Assembly (NCBI GenBank): GCA_951406725.2
Contig: OX597821.1
Span: 99,448,001 to 99,512,000 of the forward strand
Length of the DNA stretch: 64,000 bases
DNA from: Octopus vulgaris
Taxonomy: Eukaryota
Reading direction: 5' to 3'
Below are positions 23,191 to 36,629 of the stretch, in pieces (position 1 is the stretch's first letter; every line of letters begins with the position of its first letter). The notes below the pieces were generated by a model. It searched no databases, was not told the DNA's origin, and saw nothing but the letters and a program-made list of their open reading frames with translations. A program made the translations under genes and the position numbers.

Positions 23191-25364
23191 GAATATCTTT
23201 GAATTGGTATTTAACTGGGAGTCAAAAAAAAAAGAAACCTTATAAAATAATTGTATAATTTCTATTTTAATGTATGCACAGAAAGACATATTCAAATAGG
23301 ATACTTATTGAGAGCTATTTTTTTTGTTCATATAAGAATTTGTCGATGGTGGTGGTGGTGGTGGAGATGATTTGTCAATACTTATCTATTGAATTTTAAT
23401 ACGTATTTCTGAACAAAATATGCTATTTTTTTTATTGATATTTCATTGTTATTTCATTAAAAATTATAATTCACTGGTATTTTGTGGAAAATGGTTTGCA
23501 TATTTAATTCTGAAAATTTTGGTTAACATTAGATGGAAACAAAACTTACAACAATTGATTTCTTTAAAGAATTATTTTGAATATTTCCTGTAGTTTTAAG
23601 GCAGCGGAGAGGCAGAATTAATAGAGCATTGGAAAATGCCTTGCAATATTCTTTTCTACTCTAGGCACAAGGCTTGAAATTTTTGGAGAGGGGGCCAGTC
23701 ATTTAGATCAACCCCAGTATGCAACTGGTACTTAATTTATCGGCCCTGAAAGGATGAAAGGCAAAGTTGACTTCAGCAGAATTTGAACTCAGAATGTAAA
23801 GACAGACGAAATACCGCTAAGCATTTCTCCTAGCATGCTAACATTTCTTATTTCTTTATTGCTCATAAGGGGTTAAACATAGAGGGGACAAACAAGGACA
23901 GACAAAGGGATTAAGTCAATCACATTGACCCCAGTGTGCAACTGGTACTTAATTTATCGACCCTGAAAGGATGAAAAGCAAAGTTGACTTCAGCGGAATT
24001 TGAACTCAGAATGTAAAGACAGACAAAATACCAGAATAAAGTGTCTTGCTCAAGAACACAACATGCAGCCCAGTTCTGGAATCAAACTCACAACCTCATG
24101 TTTGTAAGCCTGACTCTCTAACCACTCAGTCATGTGCCTTCCAATGATGATAATGATGATATATACATACATACATCCATAGTGAAGGCTCATGGCTCAG
24201 TGGTTAGAGCATCAAGCTTACAATTGTAAGGTTGTGAGTTTGAATCCTGGACCGGGCTGTGTGTTGTGTTCTTGAGCAAGACACTTTATTTCACATTGCT
24301 CCAGTTCACTCAGCTGTAGAAATGAGTTACGACGTCACTGGTGCCAATCTGTATCGGTCCTTGCCTTTCCCTTGGATAACACTGGTGGCGTGGAGAGGGG
24401 AGGCCGGTATGCATGGGTGACTGCTGGTCTTCCATAAACAACCTTGCCTGGACTTGTGCTTGGGAGGGTAACTCTCTAGGTGCAATCCCATAGTCATTCA
24501 TGACCGAAGGGGGTCTCAAATACATACACACTAACACACACACACACACACACACACACTCGCTTTCACAGTGATTTTATCTACCACATTTACTCACAAG
24601 GAATTGGTTGGCCTGGGGGGTTATTGTTGAAGAGACTTGCCCAAGGTGCTGCCATGCAGTGGGACTGAATTCCAAACCATGTGGTTACCAAGTGAGCTTC
24701 TTAACCACACAGCCATGTCTGTGTCTTTATCTTTCTTTATTACTACTACTACTGCTACTACTACCGCTGCTGCCACCACCACTGAACTGTGAAGTCAATA
24801 TGACACCTGTTTATTGAAAAACAACAGCAGCAGCAGCAATGTCTGATTAAAAAACATATTTGAACACAGTAATGACCTGGTTTGTGTTAATCTAGTTTAG
24901 CTGAAAAAAAGAAAAAAAAGACACAAAACAAAATTTATTGTGCTTAGTGTTCATCAAGTGGAGGTCCTTGGTCGGGTGGTTAAGGTCTAGTGCTTATGAT
25001 TTCTAAGATATGAGTTCAGTTCTCAGACAGGACAGTGCAGTGTATTCTTGAGCAAGACACTTCACCTCACATTGCTCCAGTACACTCAGCTGAAAATAAG
25101 TTCCAGTGGTAACTGAAGGTTTACTCTGTGATGAATTGGCATCCTGTTCAGGCACATGCCTGCATCGGTGTGGAGTAATTCAACGCACCATTATTATCAT
25201 TTAATGTCCATTTTTCCATGCTGGCATGGGGGGATGGGGCATTTTGACAGGAGTTGGCCAGCTGAAGGGCTGCCCAGGCTTCATGTCTGTTTTGGCATGG
25301 TTTCAACGGCTGGATGCCCTTCCTAATGCCAACCACTTTACAGAGTGTACTAGATGCTTATTAT

Positions 25365-26300
25365 AATAATAATGAAATTATTGTATACAGTGCTCAGGTG
25401 CACCACAACTTGTCAGAAAGTGCATATAAAGTATATGCAGTAATGTAAAAATGTCTGGAAAGCGAACAATGTATGAGTCAGATACATGCTTGTGTGTGTA
25501 TGGAGGGGAGAAAATCAGGTGTAGTGTTGGCGAATCTCAGGAAGCATGGAAGTTTTGAAGGATGCAGTGCTCCGACAACTAACAACTGATGCCGGCAGTT
25601 TGTTCCATGCTTCAGCAACTCTCGGTGTGAAAAAATGTTTCTGAAAGTCATGGGAGCTGTGCTGTTTTCTGACTTTGTAAATATGTCCACGGGTGTTAGA
25701 CAGGTGGAGTTCGAAAAGTTGCTCAGTTATTGTTTGTAAGATGGTTATGTGGTATCAGGATGGGTGCTTTAATGTGACACTGGCACAGATGTTTTATACA
25801 TGGGAGTGGTACAGCTGCTTTTCATGTGGCACCAGCATGGGTGCTTTTTATATGTATTTAAACAAAATGAATAAGTAGGTCCTGATTTTGGTTTTGTAAG
25901 GAAAGGGATTATCTTACAAACAATAACTCTGAGCACCTTTTCAAACTCCACCTGTCTAACACCCGTGGACATGTTTACAAAGTCAGAAAACAGCACAGCT
26001 CCATTGACTTTCAGAAACATTTTTTCACGCTAAGAGTTGCTGAAGAATGGAACAAACTGCCAGCATCAGTTGTTAGTTGTTGGAGCACTGCATCCTTCAA
26101 AACTTCCATGCTTTCTGAGATTCACCAACACTACACCTGATTTTGTCCCCTCCATACACACGCAAGCATGTATCTGACTCATACACTGTTCACTTTCCAG
26201 ACATTTGTATATTACTGCATATACTTTATATGCACTTTTGACAAATTGTGGTGCACCTGAGCACTGTATACAATAACTTCATTATTATTTATATTATTAT
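25365..26300. mobile_element. Two inverted CR1/L2-type LINE 3-prime fragments
   Basis: 25365-25741 (minus) and 25911-26300 (plus) are degenerate copies of the C-terminal TRGH.YKVRKQH...AWNKLPASVV segment; further copies at 28447-28985 (minus) and 61730-61985 (plus). Confidence 0.85.
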
Positions 26301-26706
26301 TATGATGAAGTGCTAGTATATTACAAACATTGGGATTTATAGACTAAAAGAATTAACAAGTTAACTCTGTCAAGATTCTGCCTCAAAACATTTTGGTCTC
26401 AAACTATAAATACAATTATTTAGCTCATCATATGATTACTAGATTTTCTGGCATACAAGTTAACATAGAATATAATATAAACATTTAGTTTAAATATTCA
26501 AACATTGTCATTATTTTTCCAAACCCTGTTGCATTTCACATGGAATTTTTGGTCCTCCAAAGTTGTCTTGGTGCATAAGTCAACCTACCTTTTTTTTAGC
26601 AGTAAATTTTGGTCTGAAAATTTTGACTTGTATATTTTCTGAAAACATGATATTAGATTAATTTAGTAGAAACATTATCTGTACAGTATGAGTGATAAAA
26701 ACACAC

Positions 26707-26839
26707 CTAGTTGACCATTTCAAGAGGTTGCAGAAACCAAAAATGGAATATGAAATGAGGAAGATTGAACTCCAAATACCAACGCAAGCAAACATTCCAA
26801 GGAAATCAATGCCAAAGTCGTCACAGATGTTGGCTACAA
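26707..26839 (-). CDS. SLC4A11: SLC4A11-like exon 9 (TM4)
   Basis: VANICDDFGIDFLGMFACVGIWSSIFL...LLKWST, compared with human ICDDYDLDF...TGLWNS. Confidence 0.9.
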
Positions 26840-27482
26840 CTGAAACCAGATAAAATATAAATAATGTCATAATGAAAACAGTTATAGGAAAATAGACTAA
26901 AAGCATTCCAGATTACCAAATATATAAAATATTGCAAAATTTAATTTATTAAAAATACAGTCTAACTTAACATGTATATGTAAAATATAAGATACGGAAA
27001 CAGTTGTAGTAAAAATTAAATAAAAGTGAGAATATAGGTGAAGTTTTAGGCTAGTGTGTATGGAAAGAACTGTTCTGAATTAGAAAATTCCATTTATTTA
27101 CTGTGGAATGACATCAGCAACTGGGGAGCTGACCGAAAGAGGAAGGGGAAGGAGTGACGTGTGTGCAGGCAGGGGAGCATTGGGCCTTTTTCGATTGGGG
27201 TAGCCGACAGAGCTGGATGTGCGAGCGCTTTGTCAAGGTAAGGAAAAAGCAGCTGCTATTTTTAGCGTTTGGGTCGGGCCACACGGAAGGGTGCATTACC
27301 GCTGAAGAGGTCTGTGTCAATGAAGAGAAGGTAGGTGTCCTTATTTCAAATTCTCCCGCATACACCACATTTACACACACATGCATGCAGATTTAGATAT
27401 ACAAAATTTGCAGCAGAGTTTATTTAAAGATGAGGCTTCACCCTGTTTCTCTACTGAGTTACTTGTTTCTGCTCTTCATTGT

Positions 27483-27513
<31 letters not shown>

Positions 27514-30362
27514 CATAATATCCATTTTCCATGCTGGCATGGGTTGGATGGTTTGACAGAAGCTCCAGTTGTTTGTTTTGGCATGGTTGGGTTCTATGGC
27601 TGGATGCCCTTTCTAAACAATTTCCACTTAACAGAGTGTACTGGGTGCTTTTTACATGATACCATCATGGGTTTTATATATGTATATTCCCTTTATTTGT
27701 TTCAGTCATCTGACTATGGCCATGCTGGAGCATTGACTTTAGTTGAACAAATTGACCCCAGGGCTTATTCTTTGTAAGCCTAGTACTTATTCTATCGGTC
27801 CCTTTTGCAAACCACTAAATTTCTGGGATGTAAACACACCAACATTGGTTGTCAAGTGATGGTGTGTGTGTGTGGGGAGGTGGACAAACACAGACACACA
27901 AACATATACACATACACACATATGCATATATACAATGGGCTTCTTTCAGTTTCCATCTACCAAATCTACTCACAAGGCTTTGGTTAGCCCGAGATTATAG
28001 CAGAAGACACTTGCCCAAGGTGCCATACCATGGGACTGAACCCGGAACCATGTGGTTTGGAAGCAAGCCACTTACCACACACCCACGTCTGCGCCTATAA
28101 ATTTATAAGTATGAAGTCAGGAGTTATGAGAAGTGAATATAGATTTATTAAACTACGTGACTTCCATAGCATTACAGTTGTTTTGCAACCTTTTTCATGT
28201 ACTAATAATTTCAGTATACAAAAAAACTATATGTACATGTTTGTATTAATATGTGTGCTCAGCATAATACAAAACTATTGTATATTCACAAACTAATGGC
28301 TATATCAAAGCATAGAGGTACAAACACATACATGTGTGTATATATGCATATATACTTGTGTGTGTGTTAACCTCTTAACATATTATCCAATATATTTTCA
28401 TTCAGAAATGTCTAGTAAATATATATTTGAATGAAAATATATATATATAATGAAATTATTGTATACAGTGCTCAGGTGCACCATAACTTGTCAGACAGTG
28501 CATATAAATCATACGCAGTAATGTACAAATGTCTGGAAAGCGAACAATGCATGAGTCAGATACATGCTTGTGTGTGTATGGAGGGGAGAAAATCAGGTGT
28601 AGTGTTGGCGAATCTCAGAAAGCATGGAAGTTTTGAAGGATGCAGTGCTCCGACAACTAACAACTGATGCCGGCATTTTGTTCCATGCTTCAGCAACTCT
28701 CAGCGTGAAAAAAACTGTTTCCTAAAGTCATGGGAGCTGTGCTGTTTTCTGACTTTGTAAATATGTCCACGGGTGTTAGATGGGTGGAGTTTGAAAAGGT
28801 GCTCAGAGTTATTGTTTGTACGATGGTTGATAATTTTATGGGTGTCTGCCAAGTCAGCTGCCAGACGTCGGAGTTTCAATGTGTCGTTCACTTACTCTGG
28901 GGTATTTGTCATTTATTTCTATTTGTCATTTTTTTATTACTTTGTCCATGATGTTATTCTCATTCTCCATCATTTCTATCAGTAACTTCATAATAAATCA
29001 TAACTGAGCCAAAATAATTTGTGTACTTATTCTTCCTTACTCTCTTTACTCTTTTACTTGTTTCAATCATTTGACTGTGGCCATGCTGGAACACCACTTT
29101 TAGTCGAGCAAATCAACCCCAGGACTTATTCTTTGTGAGTCTAGTACTTATTCTATCGGTCTCTTTTGCCAAACTGCTTAGTTACGGGGACATAAACACA
29201 CCAGCATTAGTTGTCAAGCGATGTTGGAGGGACAAATGTACACACACACATATACGACGGGCTTCTTTCAGTTTCCATCTACTAAATCCACTCACAAGGC
29301 TTTGGTCGGCCTGAGGCTACAGTAGAAGACACATTTGCCCAAGGTACCATGCAGTGGGACTGAACCTGGGACCATGTGGTTGGTAAGCAAGTTACTTACC
29401 ACACAGCCACTCTTACACCTATATACACATCCAAATGAAATAATAAAAAAATATTTTTTGCATAGAAATTGAGAAAAAATGTGTATGTTAAAAGGTTAAT
29501 GTTACTGTTTCCATCCTAGGCTGAGCTACAAGTGGTGAAGACCTCAGCGGAATTTGAACTCAGAATGTAATGACAGACGAAATACCACTAAGCATTTCAC
29601 CTGGCGTGCTAACATTTCTGCCAGCTCGCTGCCTTTGTGTCCCATATATATGGAGGCACATGGCTTAATGGTTAGGTGTTGGACTCATGATTGAAAAATT
29701 GTGGTTTCAATCCCTGGACTGGACTGGGCAACGCATTGTGTTTTGAGCAAAACACTTCGTTTCATGCTGCTCCTGTCCACTCAACTGGGAAAAATGAGTA
29801 ATCCTGCAATGGACTGGCATCCCATCCAGGGAGGGGTATGTTCACCATAGAAACCAGGAAACTGGCTCTGTGCTTCTTACAGAGTGATATGGATTAACCA
29901 TGTTCAATATGTGTGTGTGTGTATTGGTGTATACTCTTGTCTAGACATCATATGATGGATGTAAATGAGTTTATCATCATCATACAAGTGATGTTGTTTT
30001 AACACTGTCATTTATTATAGTCTTCCATGAGAAACATGTCTAAGTGTGGGAAAATGTAACTTGCTTAGACACAAGTGAGGGTTGGTGACAGGAAGGGCAT
30101 CCGGCTGTATAAAGTCTGTTGAGACAGATTTTGTCTGACCTATGCAAGCATGGAAAAGTGGATGTTAAATGATGATGATGATAACAATCCACACTGGGAA
30201 AACATTACTTTACTTGGGAAAGAGGTGAGGGTTGGCAACAGAAGGGACATCCAACTGTAGAAAAATTTGCTTCAACATGATGATTATGATGATGATGATG
30301 TGCTATCAGTGTGTGTGTGTGTATGTGTCTATACCTGCGTCTATTGAACTAAAGCCACTTAC

Positions 30363-30476
30363 CTCTGGTGAATAATGTCAGTGGTGCTGTAGTTAACAAT
30401 ATGTTCATGGTTTGACCTCCTATCAAACTAAAGAGAATACCAGCCAAAAACTGACCCAATAATACGTGTTGTATAT
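30363..30476 (-). CDS. SLC4A11: SLC4A11-like exon 8 (TM2-TM3)
   Basis: DIQHVLLGQFLAGILFSLIGGQTMNILLTTAPLTLF (ILLTTAPL is typical of SLC4A11). Confidence 0.92.
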
Positions 30477-31116
30477 CTGATGGAGACAATGTGAGAGAAA
30501 GAGAGATAGAAGAAGAGACAGAAAGAGAGATAGATTGATTGATGAAGAAAATAAACAGACAAATATGATTACAATTTAATAAATGCCAATATATATAACC
30601 AAGAAGCAACAAGATTTCATTTTACTTATATAAAATAAATTACAAATGGAAAGAAAATAACCCAGTCAGAGCCTTGCATTGATTGGGGTTTCGTGTGTTC
30701 TGTTTGATATATACTCTTTTACTTGTTTCAGTCATTTGGCTGTGGCCATGCTGGAGCACCGCTTTTTGCCTGGCAAGTTAATGAATCTGTCTGCTCACCG
30801 CCTTATGATAATAACAAAGGTTTTTGATTTAGGCACAGATTCTGCATTTCAAGGGGAGGAGTTGGTGCCATTGACTCCGGTATTTGGGTGGTACTTTATT
30901 TTGACCCCTGAGAGACGAAAGCAAAGTTGATCTGATGGGATTTGAATAATAATTTTATGAAAGCTCTCTTTTATGCTATCAAAAATGGCACTTGAGAGAA
31001 TTTCCATTACATGCAGGAAAAAGTTTATTAAAACTGAACATTTAGAATTTAAAATAAAAATTTATTCATTTTCAAAATACGAATGTTGCGATGTTATTAA
31101 ATATTTTTATTCTTAC

Positions 31117-31239
31117 CAATTGCTCCATGCGTATCATTGCTGATTATCATTCCATATGCAACATTTGGAAGAATACAAGCAAAATACAGGAAAAGGGAAG
31201 CTGGAACAACTTTCCGAAGGGCCTTTTTTCCATTTAAAC
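31117..31239 (-). CDS. SLC4A11: SLC4A11-like exon 7 (TM1)
   Basis: ...LFLYFACILPNVAYGMIISNDTHGAI; canonical splice sites. Confidence 0.92.
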
Positions 31240-32123
31240 CTGAATCAATAAACAAACAAGACATTTTCCCAGAAATATATACCTAATATATTATCAGCTT
31301 CTCTTGGTACAACAATCTAATATTTATCTGACATGCTGTCATCTATTTGCATATGCTAATTTTCTTTATTGACATGTATACAATGTTCTATATCTGCTTA
31401 GTAATTAATTCTTTCATCCCTTCTTTGATGGGTACAATAAAGTTTGTATTTCACTGAAAAAGTCTAATAAGACGGTTACATGTCAGATGTACAAATGAAT
31501 GGTGGAGAAAAAAAAGTGTTGTTAACTTCAAAACATATTGTTGAAGTTAACAATATATAGATTACCAGTCTGACTGAATTCTGCATTCATTGACATTTTG
31601 TAGATATAAAATTATAAGTGTCTATGGAAAATCAAGTATGAGAAATTGAGTCAAACTATCAACACAAACATACAGTCTTATTTCTTTATTGCCCACAAGG
31701 GGCTAAACATAGAGGGGACAAACAAGGACAGACAAAGGGATTAAGTCGATTACATTGACCGCAGTGCATAACTGGTACTTAATTTATCGACCCTGAAAGG
31801 AAGAAAGGCAAAGTCAACCTTGGTGGAATTTGAACTCAGAACATAACGGCAAACAAAATACCTATTTCTTTACTACCCACAAGGGGCTAAACACAGAGAG
31901 GACAAACGGATTAAGTCGATTATATCAACCCCAGTGCGTAACTGGTACTTATTTAATCGACCCCGAAAGGATGAAAGGCAAAGTTGACCTTGGTGGAATT
32001 TGAACTCAGAACGTAGCGGCAGACGAAATACCGCTAAGCATTTCGCCCAGCGTGCTAACGTTTCTGCCAGCTCACTTTCTTACTCCCAAGCATACCCACA
32101 TGCAAATGTTATGTGTATGTATG

Positions 32124-33017
32124 TAGAAGGTGGTGTAAAAAGTTCTGGACTAGTTGTGTAGTGCACGAACCAATGGCAGCACACAGTTGTATGCCCTGTA
32201 AGAGCTTGTAATAACCTTCACGAGGAAGTGTGTTGAGTGGCATAGCTGTGTTTACTTCATAAGTTGTGAAATTAGTGTCTTTGTGATCACATGTATACTG
32301 TACTCTGTAATTTTGTCACGGACAGGAACAAAGAGCCAACATGAAATTTTGTGTTAAACTTGGGAAGTCTGCTACACTGAACATGCTTCAGCAAGCTTAT
32401 AGCAATGAGGCAATGGGTTATATGTAATGTTTCTCATGGCACAGGTGCATCAAAAGTGGGAGAAAGTCCCTTGGAGATGATGAGCTATCTGAAAGACAAT
32501 GGGCAATCAGGAAGACCTACCATGAGTGTCATTCCTAGAAATGTGGAGAAAAATTCATCAGCTTGTGAATGAGAATCATTGGAGGACTTTCAGTGAAAAA
32601 TGACTGGATCTGCGGAGTGCGAAGAATTGGGTTCTTCATGATGATAATGCTTCTTGTCACCAAGCTTTCCTCACTCATGACTTTTTTGTAAAAAACAACA
32701 TGGTATTGCTTCTGCACTTGCCCTCTTCACCAGATTTAGCACCTGTGGACTTTTATCTCTTCCCCAAGATGAAAAAGCAGCTCAAAGGTCACCATTTTAA
32801 CACAGTTGTTAAGATCCAGAGTGAATCGCAGAAGGTTCTCAACTCACTTAATGAAAACAACTTTCAGGCTGGGTTCTAAAAGTGACAGGAATGCTGGGAC
32901 TGGTGTAATGCTGTACAAGGTGACTATTTTGTAGGAGATGATGTTAAAACTTAGGTAAATCAGTTAGTTTTTAATTAGCATAGCTTGTCTGGGAACCTTT
33001 TGATGTCACTCATTTAT
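32124..33017 (+). mobile_element. Decayed, internally deleted mariner transposon
   Basis: Fragments RANMKFCVKLGKSAT, LHDDNASCH and PSSPDLAPVDFYLFPKMKKQLKG (YSPDLAPxD motif); degenerate terminal inverted repeats. Another remnant (ITSDETWTYG) lies at ~53750-54075. Confidence 0.8.
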
Positions 33018-33042
33018 ACTATATATATATATGTGTGTGTGT

Positions 33043-33346
33043 GGAGGTGCAATGGCCTAGTGGTTAGGGCAGTGGACTTGCTGTCGTAGGATCGCGGTTT
33101 CGATTCCCAGACTGGGCGTTGTGAGTGTTTATTTAGCGAAAACACCTAAAGCTCCATGAGGTTCCGGCAGGGGATGGTGGCGATCCCTGCTGTACTCTTT
33201 CACCCCAACTTTCTCTCACTCTTTCTTCTGTAGGCCTGCTCACTTAGCCAGCGGGGTGGCATCGTTTGAAGGCTAAAACAATGTGAAGCACATTGTGACC
33301 AGCGATGTGTAGCAACATTTGATAGCCTGGTCAGTCACATGATCAT

Positions 33347-33350
<4 letters not shown>
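33043..33350 (+). mobile_element. tRNA-derived SINE family F
   Basis: TGGCCTAGTGGTTAGGGC...GGTTTCGATTCCC head; related copies at ~24185-24520, 29653-29870, 38478-38770, 53379-53730. Confidence 0.75.
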
Positions 33351-33398
<48 letters not shown>

Positions 33399-33905
33399 CG
33401 TATATGTGTATGTGTATATATATATATTGTTGTGTCTTGGGAGAGTCATTCATATAGGTATGTATATGTATATGTATATATATATACAATATTATTTCTA
33501 AATCTCTCAAAGAGAGACATTCAGTAACAGTTTAAAGTAAAGGCTATTTGCCAACATAATGTGGCTGTCCTGAAAGGGACAATGTTACTTTTGTTTTAGC
33601 CCCAAGAAACATTGTTTGTAACTGGCTATATGACACTATCTTTTGAACAGGGAGCTCAGCACTCCCACCTACGCACACACACACACACACACACACACAT
33701 ACATCCACTGGGTGGGCTTGCAGCACCTTTTTTTTTAGGTACCAAATTTCACTCACAAATCTCTAGCTGTGTCTGATGTTATACAGTGAAATGAAACCCC
33801 TGGGTACCATGTGGTTATAAAGCAAAATTAATAACCCCAGTGTAATGAAACCTGCCTCCATAAACTATGATTATTTGTTAAAAAAAATCACAAAGGGATT
33901 CTTAC

Positions 33906-33990
33906 CATCTTTGTAATCAGACATATAATGTTTGAGTCGGCGTTTCAGATCCTCTTTAATTCCTTGACAAACTGCATATTTCTTCTCGTC
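33906..33990 (-). CDS. SLC4A11: SLC4A11-like exon 6
   Basis: DEKKYAVCQGIKEDLKRRLKHYMSDYKDG (SLC4 G-I-x-E-D-x-x-R-R...Y-x-x-D-x-x-D-G motif). Confidence 0.92.
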
Positions 33991-35244
33991 CTGAAATAAA
34001 TTTTGTTATTTATTTATTTATTTATTTGTGTTTTCTTTTATTGTTTGTCATATCTTTACCTTTTATTTTTTACTTGTTTCAGTCACTGGACTGTGACCAT
34101 GCTGGGACACCGTCTTGAAGGATTTTATTCAAACAAATCAACCCCCATTACTTATTTTAAAGTGTGGCACTTACTCCGTCAATTTCTTTTGCCCAGCTGC
34201 CAAGTTACAGGAACATAAACAAACCAACACTGGTTGTCAGGTGGTGGTGACAGGGGCCAAAAATTAACACACACATGCATATACACTTATAGACACACAC
34301 ACACACACACACAAAACAGGCTTCTTTGAGTCTTCCTCTACCAAATCCACTTGCAAGCCTTTGGTCAGTCTGGAACTACAGTAGAAAAAAGAAAAAAAAC
34401 TTGCCCAATGTTTCATGCAGTGGGACTGAACCTGGAACCATTTGGTTGCGAAGTGAACTTCTTAACTACACAGCCACACATCTACCTATAATAATCCCAT
34501 AATACTGTAAGCAACTTACCTATCAGTTACAAAAGTAACATATCTTAACTTTTTATCTGTCTTTTAAGTACTTAGAGAGTATTATCAAGGAGCAGCAGCA
34601 GCAGCAGTAGTAGTAGTAGCAACAGTGATGGTGGTGGTGACAGTAATAGTAGTAGTAGTATTAGTTATAGTAGTGGTTATTGTTGTTGCTAGTGGTGGTG
34701 GTTGTGGTGAGGTGAAGGTCAGTCTTGACTGAACTGACTCATGATTAAAGATGTTTTAGCTATGACTATCTCCTAGCTTTTTATTCAGACAAAGTGTATC
34801 TAGGACTATATTGTCCAATGTGTTCACCTTTGTTGTTGCTTATTCTGTTATTCTTTTATTCTTTTATTTCTGTCAGTCATTTCACTGTGGCCATGCTGGA
34901 GCACTGCCTTTAGTTGAACAAATTGACCCAAGGACTTATTCTTTATAAGCCTAGTACTTATTCTATCGTTCTCTTTTGCCAAACCGCTAAGTTACGGGGA
35001 CATAAACACACAATATAAGTTGTCAGGCGATGGGGAGGGGTGGCAAACACAGACAAACAAACATATACACACACACTCTTGCATGCACATGTGATGGGCT
35101 TCTTTCAGTTTCCATCTACCAAATCCACTCACAAGGCTTTGGTCGACCCAAGGCTATAGTAGAAGACATTTGCCCAAGGTGCCACGCAGTGGGACTGAAC
35201 CCTGAACCATATGGTCAGTAAGCACTCCTGCTTAGTCCAAGATT

Positions 35245-35590
35245 AGCCCTGATCCAGCATGCCTGTGATTAAAAATGTTCCAGCTATGACCACCTCATCT
35301 TTAATTCAGACTAAGTGTATCTCGAAGTACATAATCTAATGTTTACTCCTTGTTCTTGTTTAATCCCAGGTAAGCTATGATCCAGCATACCTATGATCAA
35401 AGATGTTCCAGCTATGACCATCCCACCTTTTATTCAGACAAAGTGTATCTAATGTGTTTTTCCTTGTTGATGTTTAATACCAGGTCAGCTATGATCCAGC
35501 AGACTTATGATTATAGATGTTCCAATTATGACCATCCCATTTTGATCTTCTCTTGGGCATTTCACGTCTAAGACTACATTATCTATTACA
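35245..35590 (+). repeat. Degenerate ~115-bp tandem repeat (3 units; a fourth at ~34720-34840)
   Basis: Recurring TGATCCAGCA...TGAT...ATGTTCCAGCTATGACCA...TTCAGAC.AAGTGTATCT. Confidence 0.75.
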
Positions 35591-36629
35591 TAATAATTTT
35601 CTGTTCTTTTACAGGGACGTAAACACACCAGCATCGGTTGTCAAGTGATGTGGGGGGGGGGGGGGGACAAACACAGACACACAAACACATACACACATAT
35701 ACATATATATACGACGGGCTTCTTTCAGTTTTCGTCTACCAAATCCACTCACAAGGCTTTGGTTGGCCCGAGGCTATAGTAGAAGACACTTGCCCAAGGT
35801 GCCACGCAGTGGGACTGAACCCGGAACTATGTGGTTGGTAAGCAAGCTACTTACCACTTCCCAAATAAATTGAAACAAAGGCAGTTTATTTTGTATTTTG
35901 ACAGAAATATGGCTATAAAAGGTTTAAAAAAGGAACCATATTAAAACCCTATCAATCTACACCCACTTATCCCCATCAAGCCAATAAGGGCATCTCTATA
36001 TTAGTACTGGACCTACAAAAAATAGCAGCCAAATCTTCTTCAAATCATCATTTCCTACAATTTTACAAAAATAAAAAAGATGAAAGAACAATGAGGGCTT
36101 CTCTGTGTGGTTACTGAATATGCTAAAAATAGCAGCCAAATCTTCAAATCACTTCCAACCATCTTACAGAAAAAAGAATTAAAGGACATTTTGAATAATG
36201 TATTCCTAGATTCCCAGGTACAGAATGTCTGAGCTGAAAGACAGGACAATCGACTTTGTAGACAGTAGTGGGTGTTGAAGGCAGTATCATATCCCTACTA
36301 GTCAACTATCGATATCTTAGCCACTTGTTCATTGATCCTCTTGATAAATGATAACAACTATAAGCCATCGTAATAGTAGTTCTTGATTGATAAAATATTA
36401 TGTGATTACTTGATCTTACTCGGTGGTGGTCATGTCATAAAATAATTCAATATTAGCTCTGAGAAAGAAGGTTTATTGTTTTTTTTTTACTATTTTTTTT
36501 AATGACTTGGAAGATTGAGAGCAACATTTATGGTTGATCTCAGAGTCTGTAAGAAGACCTTTTATCATATATGTGCTTGATCAAAGTTTACCTGGAGTTT
36601 GTCTACAAAACAATAACAACAGTGACATA

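Noticed and set aside
12900-26600. Nested protein-coding gene in the 14-kb intron
   Set aside because: Isolated open exon-like segments (for example 18231-18305) could not be joined into a recognisable protein.
33043-33120. tRNA genes at A/B-box motifs
   Set aside because: These are SINE heads that continue into repeat bodies, with no complete cloverleaf or terminator.
34514-34560. Extra SLC4A11 micro-exon at a strong GTAAGT donor
   Set aside because: No pyrimidine tract, stops are present, and exons 5 and 6 already join in phase.
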